Source: Candidatus Falkowbacteria bacterium
Lineage (GTDB): Bacteria; Patescibacteriota; Patescibacteriia; Patescibacteriales; GWE2-39-37
DNA: 58,938 nucleotides
Assembly: GCA_037137775.1 (NCBI GenBank)
Contig: JBAXJQ010000004.1
Coordinates: forward strand, 1-58,938
Direction: 5' to 3'
Part shown: positions 1-8,711 of the stretch, in pieces
How the letters are laid out: every line of letters starts with the position of its first letter
Numbering within the stretch: position 1 is the stretch's first letter
Position numbers and translations under genes: made by a program
Notes under the pieces: model-generated
What the model saw: the letters and a program-made list of their open reading frames with translations, nothing else
Database searches by the model: none
What the model was told of the DNA's origin: nothing

Positions 1-76
1 CGAAGTTCGTTTGAAACGTAGTGAAAACGAATTTGGGTGGAGGCTTTCGGAGAAAACCGAAACCGCATGTGAGTTG

Positions 77-149
77 TTGTGCGATGTTTGTTTTTTCTTT
101 TCATTCCACAGCAGAGGAATAGCATTTCTGTAATGAATTAATTGAATTC
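77..149. repeat. Left arm of ~70-bp imperfect inverted repeat flanking ORF 202-1044
   Basis: TTGTGCGATGTTTGTTTTTTCTTTTC...GCATTTCTGTAATGAATTAATTGAATTC aligns with the reverse complement of 1104-1171 (TTGTGCGAAATTTGCTTTTTCTTTTC...GCATTTCTGAAATGAATAAATTGAATTC). Confidence 0.85.
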
Positions 150-201
150 CTTCCTTATTTTTGGGCAGAGGGGATAAAGGGGTGAATGCCCAAAAAACAT
201 T

Positions 202-1044
202 TTATTCTTTCGATTTTGGACTAATAACTGTAACATATTCAACGTAACCATTTCTTAAAAGTACTTCTGAATCACACTCCTTGTAATCATCAGGATAGCC
301 AAAGACGCTGTTGTTGGTTAAAATTGCACTTTCAGAATCCAAAACTCTTTTTATTTCATTAATGACATCTTTAGTATACTGACCATCCTTAATTATATAC
401 CCATCAGTACCAAAAGATAACACACCCACAGATTTATCCGGTAAACGCTTTAAAAAAGTTAGAGCGTCTTCCCTGATTATTGAGTATGGGATTGGTTTTG
501 TGCCAACTTTAATATTTTTATGAGATGCTATTTGCTCATCAAGTTCTTGATTATTAAGTAAATTTTCTGCGAGTTCTTGAAAATTATGCGGTTCTATGGC
601 TACATATCCCTTGGCTCCGAGCCAAGATGATACTATATAACCAATTGATTGTTTTCCCGCACCCAGGTCTACCAAAGGTTTATTTTGGCACAATTGCAGG
701 AGCTTTTTATAGCTATCCGTTTTATTATTATTTAGTTCATAATCCAGGCTACTAAGTAAATCATACATATATGGCTCTGTTAAACTAGTCCCAACTGACA
801 CTGGCACATCTCGTACAGGATTACTTATATCGTTATTTCTATATTCACTTTCAATAGTTTCACGTGCATTATTAATATTGACTAGATTTAGGCCGGGAAT
901 TATTTCTTCTGGATTAACAAGCAGTGCAAGTCTTTCGTCTAATTTTATAGCCTCTTCATTGTTTTTATTAATCTCCTTATTTTTTTTATCCTCAGGAAGC
1001 TTTTCAAAATCCTGCCGTTTTTGAATTATCCAATCTTCTCTCAT
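202..1044 (-). CDS. Class I SAM-dependent methyltransferase-like protein with charged N-terminal extension
   Basis: 280 aa. Motif I-like LVDLGAG, then VAIEP, REDALTFLKRLPDKSV and EIKRVL, typical of Rossmann MTases. AT-rich. Confidence 0.6.
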   Translation of the reverse strand: MREDWIIQKRQDFEKLPEDKKNKEINKNNEEAIKLDERLALLVNPEEIIPGLNLVNINNARETIESEYRNNDISNPVRDVPVSVGTSLTEPYMYDLLSSLDYELNNNKTDSYKKLLQLCQNKPLVDLGAGKQSIGYIVSSWLGAKGYVAIEPHNFQELAENLLNNQELDEQIASHKNIKVGTKPIPYSIIREDALTFLKRLPDKSVGVLSFGTDGYIIKDGQYTKDVINEIKRVLDSESAILTNNSVFGYPDDYKECDSEVLLRNGYVEYVTVISPKSKE

Positions 1045-1103
1045 GTTTGTATTTAAAAAATAATTAATAAAGATTATTCCATATTCCCCTCCTTAATAAA
1101 AGA

Positions 1104-1171
1104 GAATTCAATTTATTCATTTCAGAAATGCGTCCGCCGTTAGGCGAAAAGAAAAAGCAAATTTCGCACAA
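1104..1171. repeat. Right arm of imperfect inverted repeat
   Basis: Reverse complement of 77-149 as two conserved blocks separated by a variable spacer. Confidence 0.85.
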
Positions 1172-1230
1172 CTCGTTATTATACGAAATGTTTTCGTATA
1201 ATATACTGATTTTCGTATGTTATACGAAGT
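1161..1230. other. Cluster of dif/loxP-like half-sites (putative tyrosine recombinase site)
   Basis: ATTTCGCACAA-CTCGTTA-TTATACGAAAT (1161-1189), TTTTCGTATAA (1191-1201), TTTTCGTATG (1210-1219), TTATACGAAGT (1220-1230). Confidence 0.5.
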
Positions 1231-1364
1231 ATTTATACATTATTATTGTTTGACAACTATGGGATATAGTTTAATAGTATACTCTCTAGCTATTAATGCA
1301 ATAGTGGGCTTGCTCTTGATGACAGAGTATCATACAATATAAGAGTAATAATTATTGACAAAAT

Positions 1365-1760
1365 ATGCCACAAATTAGCGAAAAAGTTATAAAAGACAAG
1401 ATGTTAAAAGAAACCGTCACTGGTTTTGTTCAGTTCATTCGAGAACAAGGCGTTGTTGGCCTGGCCATTGGTTTTATCCTTGGTACCTCGATTAACAAAG
1501 TAGTTACTTCGTTGGTTAATGACATCATCCAGCCTTCAATCGGATTATTGTTTGGCTCGGGTCAGGAATTGGCCACGATGCATTATAAAACAATTATGTT
1601 TGGTCGATTTATTGCCGGCTTGATTGATTTTGCTATTATCGCTGCCGTAGTTTATTTTGGCTTTAAAGGATTAAAACTTGATCGCTTGGATTTAAAAAAA
1701 GAGGATAAAGACAAGTTAAAAACCGAAACGGTATTAATGAAGCCGCCCGTGGCAAAATAA
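1365..1760 (+). CDS. mscL: Large-conductance mechanosensitive channel MscL family
   Basis: FIREQGVVGLAIGFILG...VTSLVNDIIQP...GRFIAGLIDFAIIA. The start may be ATG 1401. Confidence 0.85.
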   Translation: MPQISEKVIKDKMLKETVTGFVQFIREQGVVGLAIGFILGTSINKVVTSLVNDIIQPSIGLLFGSGQELATMHYKTIMFGRFIAGLIDFAIIAAVVYFGFKGLKLDRLDLKKEDKDKLKTETVLMKPPVAK

Positions 1761-1761
1761 C

Positions 1762-1920
1762 ATGCGCTCTCAAGCTCGTAACAAAGTTGGCAGTAAGGCA
1801 ACTAATCCTGGCTATCGCACGCCCTCGCGGTGGCTTGCCAAACGTGCCAATCCTACCGTGCCAAATGTTAAATATAATTCATTGCAACCATTAAAATATG
1901 AACCTCGCAAAACTAAGTGA
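1762..1920 (+). other. Possible 52-aa basic small ORF and/or structured RNA hairpin
   Basis: MRSQARNKVGSKATNPGYRTPSRWLAKRANPTVPNVKYNSLQPLKYEPRKTK starts 1 nt after the mscL stop and overlaps the rlmN start. Nested hairpin at 1787-1850. Confidence 0.3.
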
Positions 1921-2902
1921 AGTGTTGGCTAAAGAACCGACCTATCGCTACAAACAAGTATTAAAAGCTATTTTTCAGGATTTGATCAGCGATTGGCCCG
2001 AAGCCACTACTTTGCCCAAATCATTGCGTGAACGACTGGCAACCGATTGTCCTTTAACAATCACCGCCACGGCAAGCAAGGGTAAGGCGGTGCGTAAGGC
2101 GTTAATTGAGTTAACTGATGGCGCAAAAATTGAAACCGTTCTAATGGGTCATGGTGATGAGCGCAATACGGTTTGTGTTTCCTCTCAAGTCGGCTGCCCA
2201 TTAGGCTGTTTGTTTTGTGCAACAGGTAAACTGGGTTTTACCCGAAATTTGGTGGCAGAGGAAATTGTTGAACAGGTGATCTATTTTGCCCGCGAACTGA
2301 AAAAAGAGCAGAAAACTATTAGCAATATTGTGTTCATGGGCATGGGTGAGCCGTTTTTAAATTATGACGAGGTGTTAAAAGCGATTCGTTGGCTACACGA
2401 CCCAGAGCGTTTTAATATGGGTGCACGGCGTTTTTCAATTTCTACCGCCGGTTTGCCTGAGGGTATTAAGCGTCTAGCCAAAGAGGGCTTAGAGATTAAC
2501 TTGGCTTTGTCCTTGCATGCGCCAACAAATGATTTGCGTCAGCAGATTATGCCCATTGCCAAGCAATACAGCCTCAAGCAAATTTTTACTGCTATCGATT
2601 ATTATGTTGAAAAAACCAACCGGCGGGTGATGTATGAATATGTGATGATTAATAATTTAAACGACAAGCCGGAACACGCCCGCCACTTGGCCAAATTACT
2701 TTCTGGTCGTCTCGGCTTTGTTAATCTAATCGCCTATAATCAGACTGGGATGTTTTCTGCCTCGCCAAGCGAGCGGATCAAAACCTTTATTAAAATTTTA
2801 GAGGCGGAAAAAATCAGTGTGGTCGAGCGTCAGCGATTCGGGCAGGGCATTGATGCCGCCTGTGGGCAACTGGCTGCCAAAAAGCGTACTCTAAAAAAGT
2901 AA
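1898..2902 (+). CDS. rlmN: 23S rRNA A2503 C2-methyltransferase RlmN (radical SAM)
   Basis: CVSSQVGCPLGCLFC, FMGMGEP, SLHAP, IDAACGQL. Confidence 0.95.
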   Translation: MNLAKLSEVLAKEPTYRYKQVLKAIFQDLISDWPEATTLPKSLRERLATDCPLTITATASKGKAVRKALIELTDGAKIETVLMGHGDERNTVCVSSQVGCPLGCLFCATGKLGFTRNLVAEEIVEQVIYFARELKKEQKTISNIVFMGMGEPFLNYDEVLKAIRWLHDPERFNMGARRFSISTAGLPEGIKRLAKEGLEINLALSLHAPTNDLRQQIMPIAKQYSLKQIFTAIDYYVEKTNRRVMYEYVMINNLNDKPEHARHLAKLLSGRLGFVNLIAYNQTGMFSASPSERIKTFIKILEAEKISVVERQRFGQGIDAACGQLAAKKRTLKK

Positions 2903-2968
2903 TTGCGGAAAAGCACCTGGGGTGCTAAAATTAAAGCATAATCAAATAATTAGGCAGGGGGTGATTTT

Positions 2969-3247
2969 ATGAACATGAAACCAAATGTCGGTACAACCGA
3001 TCGTATTATTCGTATCATTATTGGTTTAGCCATCATCGGCTGGGGCGTATACGCCAAAAATTGGCTCGGTGTAATCGGTTTGATTGTATTAGTTACTGGT
3101 GTAATCGGCTGGTGCGGCCTGTATACTATTCTTGGTCTCAACACAACTTGTAAATGCGGTCCTGATTGTAAGTGCAAACCAGAAGGGGAAAAACCAAACA
3201 CTACGCCACCAACTCCAACTTCAACTCCAACTACTCCTACCGTTTAA
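2969..3247 (+). CDS. DUF2892/YgaP-like small membrane protein with Cys-rich, Pro/Thr-rich tail
   Basis: NVGTTDRIIRIIIG...GWCGLYTILGLNT, tail CKCGPDCKC...PTPTSTPTTPT. Confidence 0.8.
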   Translation: MNMKPNVGTTDRIIRIIIGLAIIGWGVYAKNWLGVIGLIVLVTGVIGWCGLYTILGLNTTCKCGPDCKCKPEGEKPNTTPPTPTSTPTTPTV

Positions 3248-3286
3248 GGATTGGTGTTTATTTTTTAACATGAAACATAATTATTT

Positions 3287-4228
3287 ATGTTGTTTAGTTT
3301 ATTTTTAACTGTTTTGGGCTTGATCGTGTTTGAGGTAATTAGCAGTATTGATAACGCAATCGTCAATGCCCATGTTTTAAAAACATTGCCCGAAAAATAT
3401 CGTAAAATATTTTTAGTCTGGGGTTTATTTATTGCCGTATTCGTGGTTCGTGGTTTATTGCCATTTTTAATCGTCTGGATGGTAAATCCGGCGCTTGGCA
3501 TTGGCGAGGTGTTCGGCTTTGTTTTTTCTAACGATCCGAAAATTGCCGAATACGTCGAAACATCTAAGCCGATTTTGTTACTTGGCGGAGGTATTTATCT
3601 TTTTATGGTCTTTTTAGCCTGGTTATTTTTGGAAGAAAAAAAATACGCCTTTTTAGTCGAAGGCTTTATCCATCGTCAAGGCATTTGGTTTTATGCTATT
3701 AGCTCGCTGGCGCTTACCTGGGTAGTCTACATGGCTTTGAAAACCAATCCGATTTTAGCACTGTCTGCTTCAATTGGCGCTTCTGCGTTTTTTATAACAG
3801 ACGGCTTTAAGAAAAATGCAGAGGACAAAGAAAAAGAGCTATTAAAACCTGGTATTGGTGCTTGGAGTAAGATTTTATATTTAGAAGTGATTGACGCCTC
3901 ATTTTCGATTGATGGTGTTATTGGTGCATTTGCCTTTACCTTATCCGTACCACTTATTTTAATTGGCAATGGTATTGGTGCCTTTGTGGTACGTGAATTT
4001 ACGATTAAAGGTATCGACTTAATTGCGAAATTTGCCTATTTAAAAAACGGGGCCATGTATTCCATTGGTCTGCTTGGTGCTATTATGGTAATGGAAGCGT
4101 TTGGCGAACACGTCGCTTTTTGGGTAGCGCCAGTGAATACTTTCGTTTTGCTTGGATTTTTTCTGTTTTTATCTTATCGTGAAATTAAATTACAGGAGAA
4201 AATGACAGCTACACAAATTACAAAATAA
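3287..4228 (+). CDS. DUF475/TerC-superfamily integral membrane protein
   Basis: FEVISSIDNAIVNA, LYLEVIDASFSIDGVIGAFA, YLKNGAMYSIG. Confidence 0.85.
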   Translation: MLFSLFLTVLGLIVFEVISSIDNAIVNAHVLKTLPEKYRKIFLVWGLFIAVFVVRGLLPFLIVWMVNPALGIGEVFGFVFSNDPKIAEYVETSKPILLLGGGIYLFMVFLAWLFLEEKKYAFLVEGFIHRQGIWFYAISSLALTWVVYMALKTNPILALSASIGASAFFITDGFKKNAEDKEKELLKPGIGAWSKILYLEVIDASFSIDGVIGAFAFTLSVPLILIGNGIGAFVVREFTIKGIDLIAKFAYLKNGAMYSIGLLGAIMVMEAFGEHVAFWVAPVNTFVLLGFFLFLSYREIKLQEKMTATQITK

Positions 4229-4247
4229 TTTAATATAACTATATAAC

Positions 4248-6122
4248 ATGCATCACAAAAGCAAAGGAGGACGCTTAGCAGTTTGTTTTATGGTTGTTGC
4301 CATTTTGGCGATAACAGCCATAAGCGCGAGAGCGGAAGCAATGTCGGATGGTTCAACTTCGACAGTAAGTCAAGTATTGCCGAATACACAGGTTAACCTT
4401 ATATCGGCAATTGTTAACACAAGCACCGCTGCCGTCGAGCAGAATGCGTATAAAGCTGCGGTTAAAATTAAGACCTATAAGCAAAATGGTGACTATAATT
4501 TGTCACTACTTGGTACTGGTTCTGGTTTTTTTATTAATAATTCTGGTTTAGTATTAACCAACTACCATGTTATTAGTAATGATGATTCCAGTCGGTATAG
4601 TCAGACCACAGTTGATACCAGCGATATGCCCTTAGCTTTTTTAATCTGCACCACCAAAAGCACTGCCGAAGAACCGGAGTGTGGTTATACTGCCAAGTTG
4701 GTAGCCAAAGACAAGGATTTAGACTTAGCCTTGTTGCAAGCCGTGCCGATTACTAAAATCACTCAATCCTTAAACTCTTCATTTTTAGAATTAAACCAGA
4801 CCGACTCAACCCAGATTAATGATACGATTGTTGCAATCGGTTATCCTGGCGTTGGCAGTGAGACCATTACTATTACCCGTGGTATCATCTCGGGCAAAAC
4901 CAATAAATACAGCAAGGATTGGTTAAAGACTGATGCGGTTATTTCTTTTGGCAACTCCGGTGGGGCGGCCATTGATCAGAACGGTAAGGTGGTGGGCATC
5001 ACCAGTATGGCCTATTCTGACATGCTTGGTACGATTGGTTATATTATTAATGTAACCTCGATTAACAGCTGGGTCAGTGCTCATCTCTATGACGCGCCTC
5101 AAGAAAATGTGCTGATGCAGCGGATGGCAGACATGGCCTGGAAATCAAAAATTTTGAAGTCGAGTAATAAATATATCAATTTAGCGCCACCGTACGAAAT
5201 TACCAAGCCTCAGGATTGGAAGTTTGAATACAATCAGGAGGATCAACTTTATATTAATAAAGAAAAAGACGAAGACGGCGGCTCGGTAACCGTTTCCTAT
5301 TCTCGTGAACCGTTTCTGACGAATCTTAAAGACACAACAGTGTATGCCAAGATGCAAAAGCTTGATTCTTTGAACGATGTTAATTCGATTAAAGAAACAG
5401 CGGTTAATTTTGGTGGCAAAACGAAAGGAAAAAAAGTAACCGTTAATAGTACTTCATATTCTAGCAATTCCAGCGATATTTATTATCTATTTACCGCTGG
5501 CAATAGTTGGATTCAGATTGATTATAATTACGGTAAAAATAATAAAGACAAAACAATTGTCGAAAGCATTATTAAGTCCTTTCGCTTACGTGAGGGTGGA
5601 GCTGCCTTTGTTCCACTAAAAAAATATGTCAATCAGTGGAAGGGCGTGCCAAAATATACGTTAACTGGCAATGCGAATTGGCTTCTGCAAGATCAAAACT
5701 CAAAGAGTACCTCATTGCTTGCAATCAATAGCGCGAATAAGCTTTATGTGGCTGCTTTTTCGATGCAAAAGTTTGACCCAGAGACGGAAGACAAAAGTGC
5801 CAAAGCCATTATTGCTGATTTCAATAAGACTACCATTGATTTAAAGCAGATGTTAAAGGTGGTGCCTACGATTGATTTTTTCTCCGAAGTGAAGCCAAGT
5901 ATAAATTTAAGTAAGACAGCCACTGGCTTTACTCGCATGATGATGGCTATGTCTAAAAAAGACAGCACTATTAAAGGCTACTTGGTTAACTACACCTATT
6001 ATAAAAAAGTATCAAAAGATTTTGTGATGCAGATTGAATTGAATGCCTTTGAACCGGACAAGAAAAAGATTCCACAAATAGCCACTGACTTTGAGAAGTT
6101 GTTGAAAAATCTCACATTCTAA
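4248..6122 (+). CDS. Secreted trypsin-like (S1) serine protease with C-terminal extension
   Basis: Signal peptide, GTGSGF, catalytic triad motifs LTNYHV / DLDLALL / GNSGG. Confidence 0.85.
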   Translation: MHHKSKGGRLAVCFMVVAILAITAISARAEAMSDGSTSTVSQVLPNTQVNLISAIVNTSTAAVEQNAYKAAVKIKTYKQNGDYNLSLLGTGSGFFINNSGLVLTNYHVISNDDSSRYSQTTVDTSDMPLAFLICTTKSTAEEPECGYTAKLVAKDKDLDLALLQAVPITKITQSLNSSFLELNQTDSTQINDTIVAIGYPGVGSETITITRGIISGKTNKYSKDWLKTDAVISFGNSGGAAIDQNGKVVGITSMAYSDMLGTIGYIINVTSINSWVSAHLYDAPQENVLMQRMADMAWKSKILKSSNKYINLAPPYEITKPQDWKFEYNQEDQLYINKEKDEDGGSVTVSYSREPFLTNLKDTTVYAKMQKLDSLNDVNSIKETAVNFGGKTKGKKVTVNSTSYSSNSSDIYYLFTAGNSWIQIDYNYGKNNKDKTIVESIIKSFRLREGGAAFVPLKKYVNQWKGVPKYTLTGNANWLLQDQNSKSTSLLAINSANKLYVAAFSMQKFDPETEDKSAKAIIADFNKTTIDLKQMLKVVPTIDFFSEVKPSINLSKTATGFTRMMMAMSKKDSTIKGYLVNYTYYKKVSKDFVMQIELNAFEPDKKKIPQIATDFEKLLKNLTF

Positions 6123-6131
6123 GATAATATC

Positions 6132-6159
6132 AAGGAGGTGCAACTAGCACCTCCTTTTT
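6132..6159 (+). terminator. Intrinsic terminator
   Basis: AAGGAGGTGC-AACTA-GCACCTCCTT followed by TTT. Confidence 0.7.
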
Positions 6160-6164
6160 ATCAT

Positions 6165-7028
6165 ATGACCATGAAATTAACACGACCAAAAATTGGCGCC
6201 CATGTTTCCGCTGCTGGCGGAGCGTATAAGGCCATTGCGAATGCTGAACATATTGGGGCAGAATGCATCCAGATTTTTGGTGGGTCGCCCAAAATGTGGC
6301 GGGCTAAACAGTTAGATGAAGCAGTATTGAAAAAATATCTCACGCTTAAAAAATCATCAACCCTAGGCAATGTCTATTTACATGCAAGCTATTTGGTAAA
6401 TCTAGGTAGTGATAAAGCAGCTAATCGGGAGAATTCTGTACTGAGTTTGATTGATCACATGATGATTGCGGAGCAACTTGGTGCTTGCGGGGTGATTTTT
6501 CATCTTGGCTCAAGCATGTCTGGTACCAAGGCAGAGGCATTAGAATTTACCGTGCGAGGTATGAGTGAGGTGTTAAAACAAGTGCCGGGCACATCATGGT
6601 TGATCATGGAAAACTCAGCTGGTGGCGGCAATAAGTTGGGTTTAGACTTTGGCGAGGTGGGTGAGATTATGAAGCGGGCTGACTCCGAACGGGTAAAGGT
6701 TTGTTTGGACACGGCACATATTTTTGAGGCTGGGGGGATTGATGAATATTCACCAAGTAAAATCAAAGCCTTGTGTGATGATTTTGACCGTGAAGTCGGA
6801 TTAGATAAATTAGTTACTTTGCATATTAACGATTCCAAGACGCCATACAACTCCCATCATGATCGGCATGAAAATATTGGTGATGGACACATTGGTTTGG
6901 ATGGTTTTACACATTTGGCCAAGGAAAAAAGGTTATGGGACAAAGACTGGCTTTTAGAGGTGCCAGGCTTTGATAATCAAGGCCCAGATGCCAAAAATAT
7001 TCAGATTCTTAAAGGTTTGTTCACATAA
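6165..7028 (+). CDS. nfo: Endonuclease IV
   Basis: IGAHVSAAGG, HASYLVNL, FHLGS, MENSAG, CLDTAH, HINDSK, DRHENIG. Start moved to ATG 6165 because the track's GTG lies inside the terminator hairpin. Confidence 0.93.
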   Translation: MTMKLTRPKIGAHVSAAGGAYKAIANAEHIGAECIQIFGGSPKMWRAKQLDEAVLKKYLTLKKSSTLGNVYLHASYLVNLGSDKAANRENSVLSLIDHMMIAEQLGACGVIFHLGSSMSGTKAEALEFTVRGMSEVLKQVPGTSWLIMENSAGGGNKLGLDFGEVGEIMKRADSERVKVCLDTAHIFEAGGIDEYSPSKIKALCDDFDREVGLDKLVTLHINDSKTPYNSHHDRHENIGDGHIGLDGFTHLAKEKRLWDKDWLLEVPGFDNQGPDAKNIQILKGLFT

Positions 7029-7057
7029 AATAGCTAAGATTAAATATTTTTTAATAC

Positions 7058-7082
7058 AACCAGGCACTTGGCCTGGTTTTTT
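7058..7082 (+). terminator. Intrinsic terminator after nfo
   Basis: AACCAGGC-ACTTG-GCCTGGTT + TTTT. Confidence 0.7.
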
Positions 7083-7104
7083 AACTAGGGTTAGATAAAT
7101 TTGT

Positions 7105-7133
7105 TTGACATTTTTAACAATCTGTGCTATAAA
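7105..7133 (+). promoter_or_regulatory. Sigma70-type promoter of the four-gene operon
   Basis: TTGACA-17 nt-TATAAA with extended -10 TG. Confidence 0.75.
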
Positions 7134-7179
7134 AACAAGCTGCACTTTGATAATTTTAACAAGAAAGGAAATAGAAGTC

Positions 7180-7461
7180 ATGGCAAATTATTACCATGTT
7201 TTAGGCGTGCGAAAAAACGCCACGGAAGAAGAAATTAAGTCGGCATATCGCCAGAAAGCAACCAATCATCACCCAGACATGGGAAAGGAGGGAGAGCAGT
7301 TTAAGGAGATAGCGGAAGCCAACGCGGTGTTATCCGACCAGGAAAAACGGAAGGAGCATGACCGCGGCTTGGCCACAGAAACTACTGCGAACGCGTATGC
7401 GACCGCACACCATCTTGTCAAGGAATTCCTTGACGCAACCAGAAAAGGAGAGATCTCATGA
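7180..7461 (+). CDS. atcJ: Short J-domain co-chaperone, AtcJ-like
   Basis: NYYHVLGV...[17 protein letters not shown]...VLSDQEKR (HPD motif). 93 aa with a short C-terminal helix, AAGGA upstream. The J-domain is secure. The atcJ name rests on operon context. Confidence 0.7.
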   Translation: MANYYHVLGVRKNATEEEIKSAYRQKATNHHPDMGKEGEQFKEIAEANAVLSDQEKRKEHDRGLATETTANAYATAHHLVKEFLDATRKGEIS

Positions 7462-8003
7462 AGAAAAAGATTGTTGTTACTGGTCCCGTTGCTCTGCTGT
7501 ACCACGAACTCCGCTGTGAGCTCCACGACGTTGTGGAGGGTGGCATGTTGGTCAATGCTTTCGGCGCGTCTCATCGCGCCGGTATTTTTACCCCAGCATG
7601 TGCAGACTTTTACCACGACCAACCGGTTTTGGTGGCGATCGCACTGTTGGATCAGGTGGTGCTCTGTAATGAGGCGCACGAAATGCGCAATTTGTTAATA
7701 TTGGCGGAAACGCCTACGTTTTCGCAACTTCGCAATCTCATTAAGCCCACTGACGTTGGTGAAAAAGTCTTTGACGTTTTATCTGGGGGTGAGGTGCTGG
7801 CACGGGCTATGCTTCTGCTGGCATTGTGCCGGTTGGAAGAATGGGGCGAGATTGTCGTTGATCTTCGGTTGGACGAGCGGTTGTCCGGTGAGATAATTCA
7901 AGATACAATCTTGAAGAATTTGACCGATGACGAAAGTGCAGTTAACAACATGGCAGCGGCTGGATCTGATCTGGCCGATCACCACGATGGAGGTGGACGA
8001 TGA
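7458..8003 (+). CDS. atcA: AtcA-like protein
   Basis: Overlaps the J-protein stop (ATGA), [15 protein letters not shown] segment and acidic C-terminus ending AAGSDLA resemble recalled proteobacterial AtcA (not database-checked). Confidence 0.55.
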   Translation: MKKKIVVTGPVALLYHELRCELHDVVEGGMLVNAFGASHRAGIFTPACADFYHDQPVLVAIALLDQVVLCNEAHEMRNLLILAETPTFSQLRNLIKPTDVGEKVFDVLSGGEVLARAMLLLALCRLEEWGEIVVDLRLDERLSGEIIQDTILKNLTDDESAVNNMAAAGSDLADHHDGGGR

Positions 8004-8692
8004 GTTTACCAATTTTTATTACCCAGGTGAAGAGCCTGGTTGCCAGCGGTCTGTTGGTCGATGCGGAAAAAGCTTTGCTGATGATGGCGGAAGAGTACGG
8101 CGAAGCTGCTGTACGCGACCTCGCCACGCGCGAGCCCGCTCAAACCTTCGCGTCCCTGATCGGTGCCAGTAACGGCAACGACGTACCGGCTATGGCATTC
8201 TACATGCCACCGGAGAAATATGTCGAAGCATCGCTGCTGGCAATGAGTCAGTATTTCCTCGAGCCCGGACGTTCCGAGCGGGAAGTAATGCTTCGTGCCC
8301 GAGATATCTTTTCCGGCGTGGTCTTCGGTTATTTACCGGAAGAGCGCAAAGAAGAACTTCTGCGCGCCTTTGCTGCGGATGATGGCGGGTTGCTTATCCT
8401 TCTTTTGGCAGCCTATGACTGTCAAGATGATGAGCAGAACCATGAGTATGCCGACCTGCCGCTTATCAGAGATGACAATCCCTTCGCGGTCATGGCAGCG
8501 CTTAAGCATTACCACCTCTACGATGCCATCATCAGCATCGAGGCGGTATTGTTTCAGGAGCTTGTACCGACCATCACTGCCATCGCGCATGAGATTGTAC
8601 ACGTGGTCGAAGAATTGACCAGAGGGCAAGCCCCAACGCCGGCGGAACATCGGTCAAGCATTTTTATGCCGACCAGACAACTTGCCGCCTAA
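8000..8692 (+). CDS. atcB: AtcB-like protein
   Basis: ATGA overlap, GGAGG SD. N-terminus LPIFITQVKSLVASGLLVDAEKALLMMAEEYGEAA resembles recalled AtcB N-termini (not database-checked). Confidence 0.6.
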   Translation: MSLPIFITQVKSLVASGLLVDAEKALLMMAEEYGEAAVRDLATREPAQTFASLIGASNGNDVPAMAFYMPPEKYVEASLLAMSQYFLEPGRSEREVMLRARDIFSGVVFGYLPEERKEELLRAFAADDGGLLILLLAAYDCQDDEQNHEYADLPLIRDDNPFAVMAALKHYHLYDAIISIEAVLFQELVPTITAIAHEIVHVVEELTRGQAPTPAEHRSSIFMPTRQLAA

Positions 8693-8711
8693 TTGCGGCA
8701 CGGAGGAACCC

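Noticed and set aside
1191..1230. Engineered loxP site or vector contamination
   Set aside because: Only 10 nt match a loxP arm, the spacing is wrong, and no vector sequence is nearby.
6138..6164. GTG start and AGGAGG as SD for nfo
   Set aside because: Both lie within a perfect terminator stem. ATG 6165 or 6171 fits the family N-terminus.
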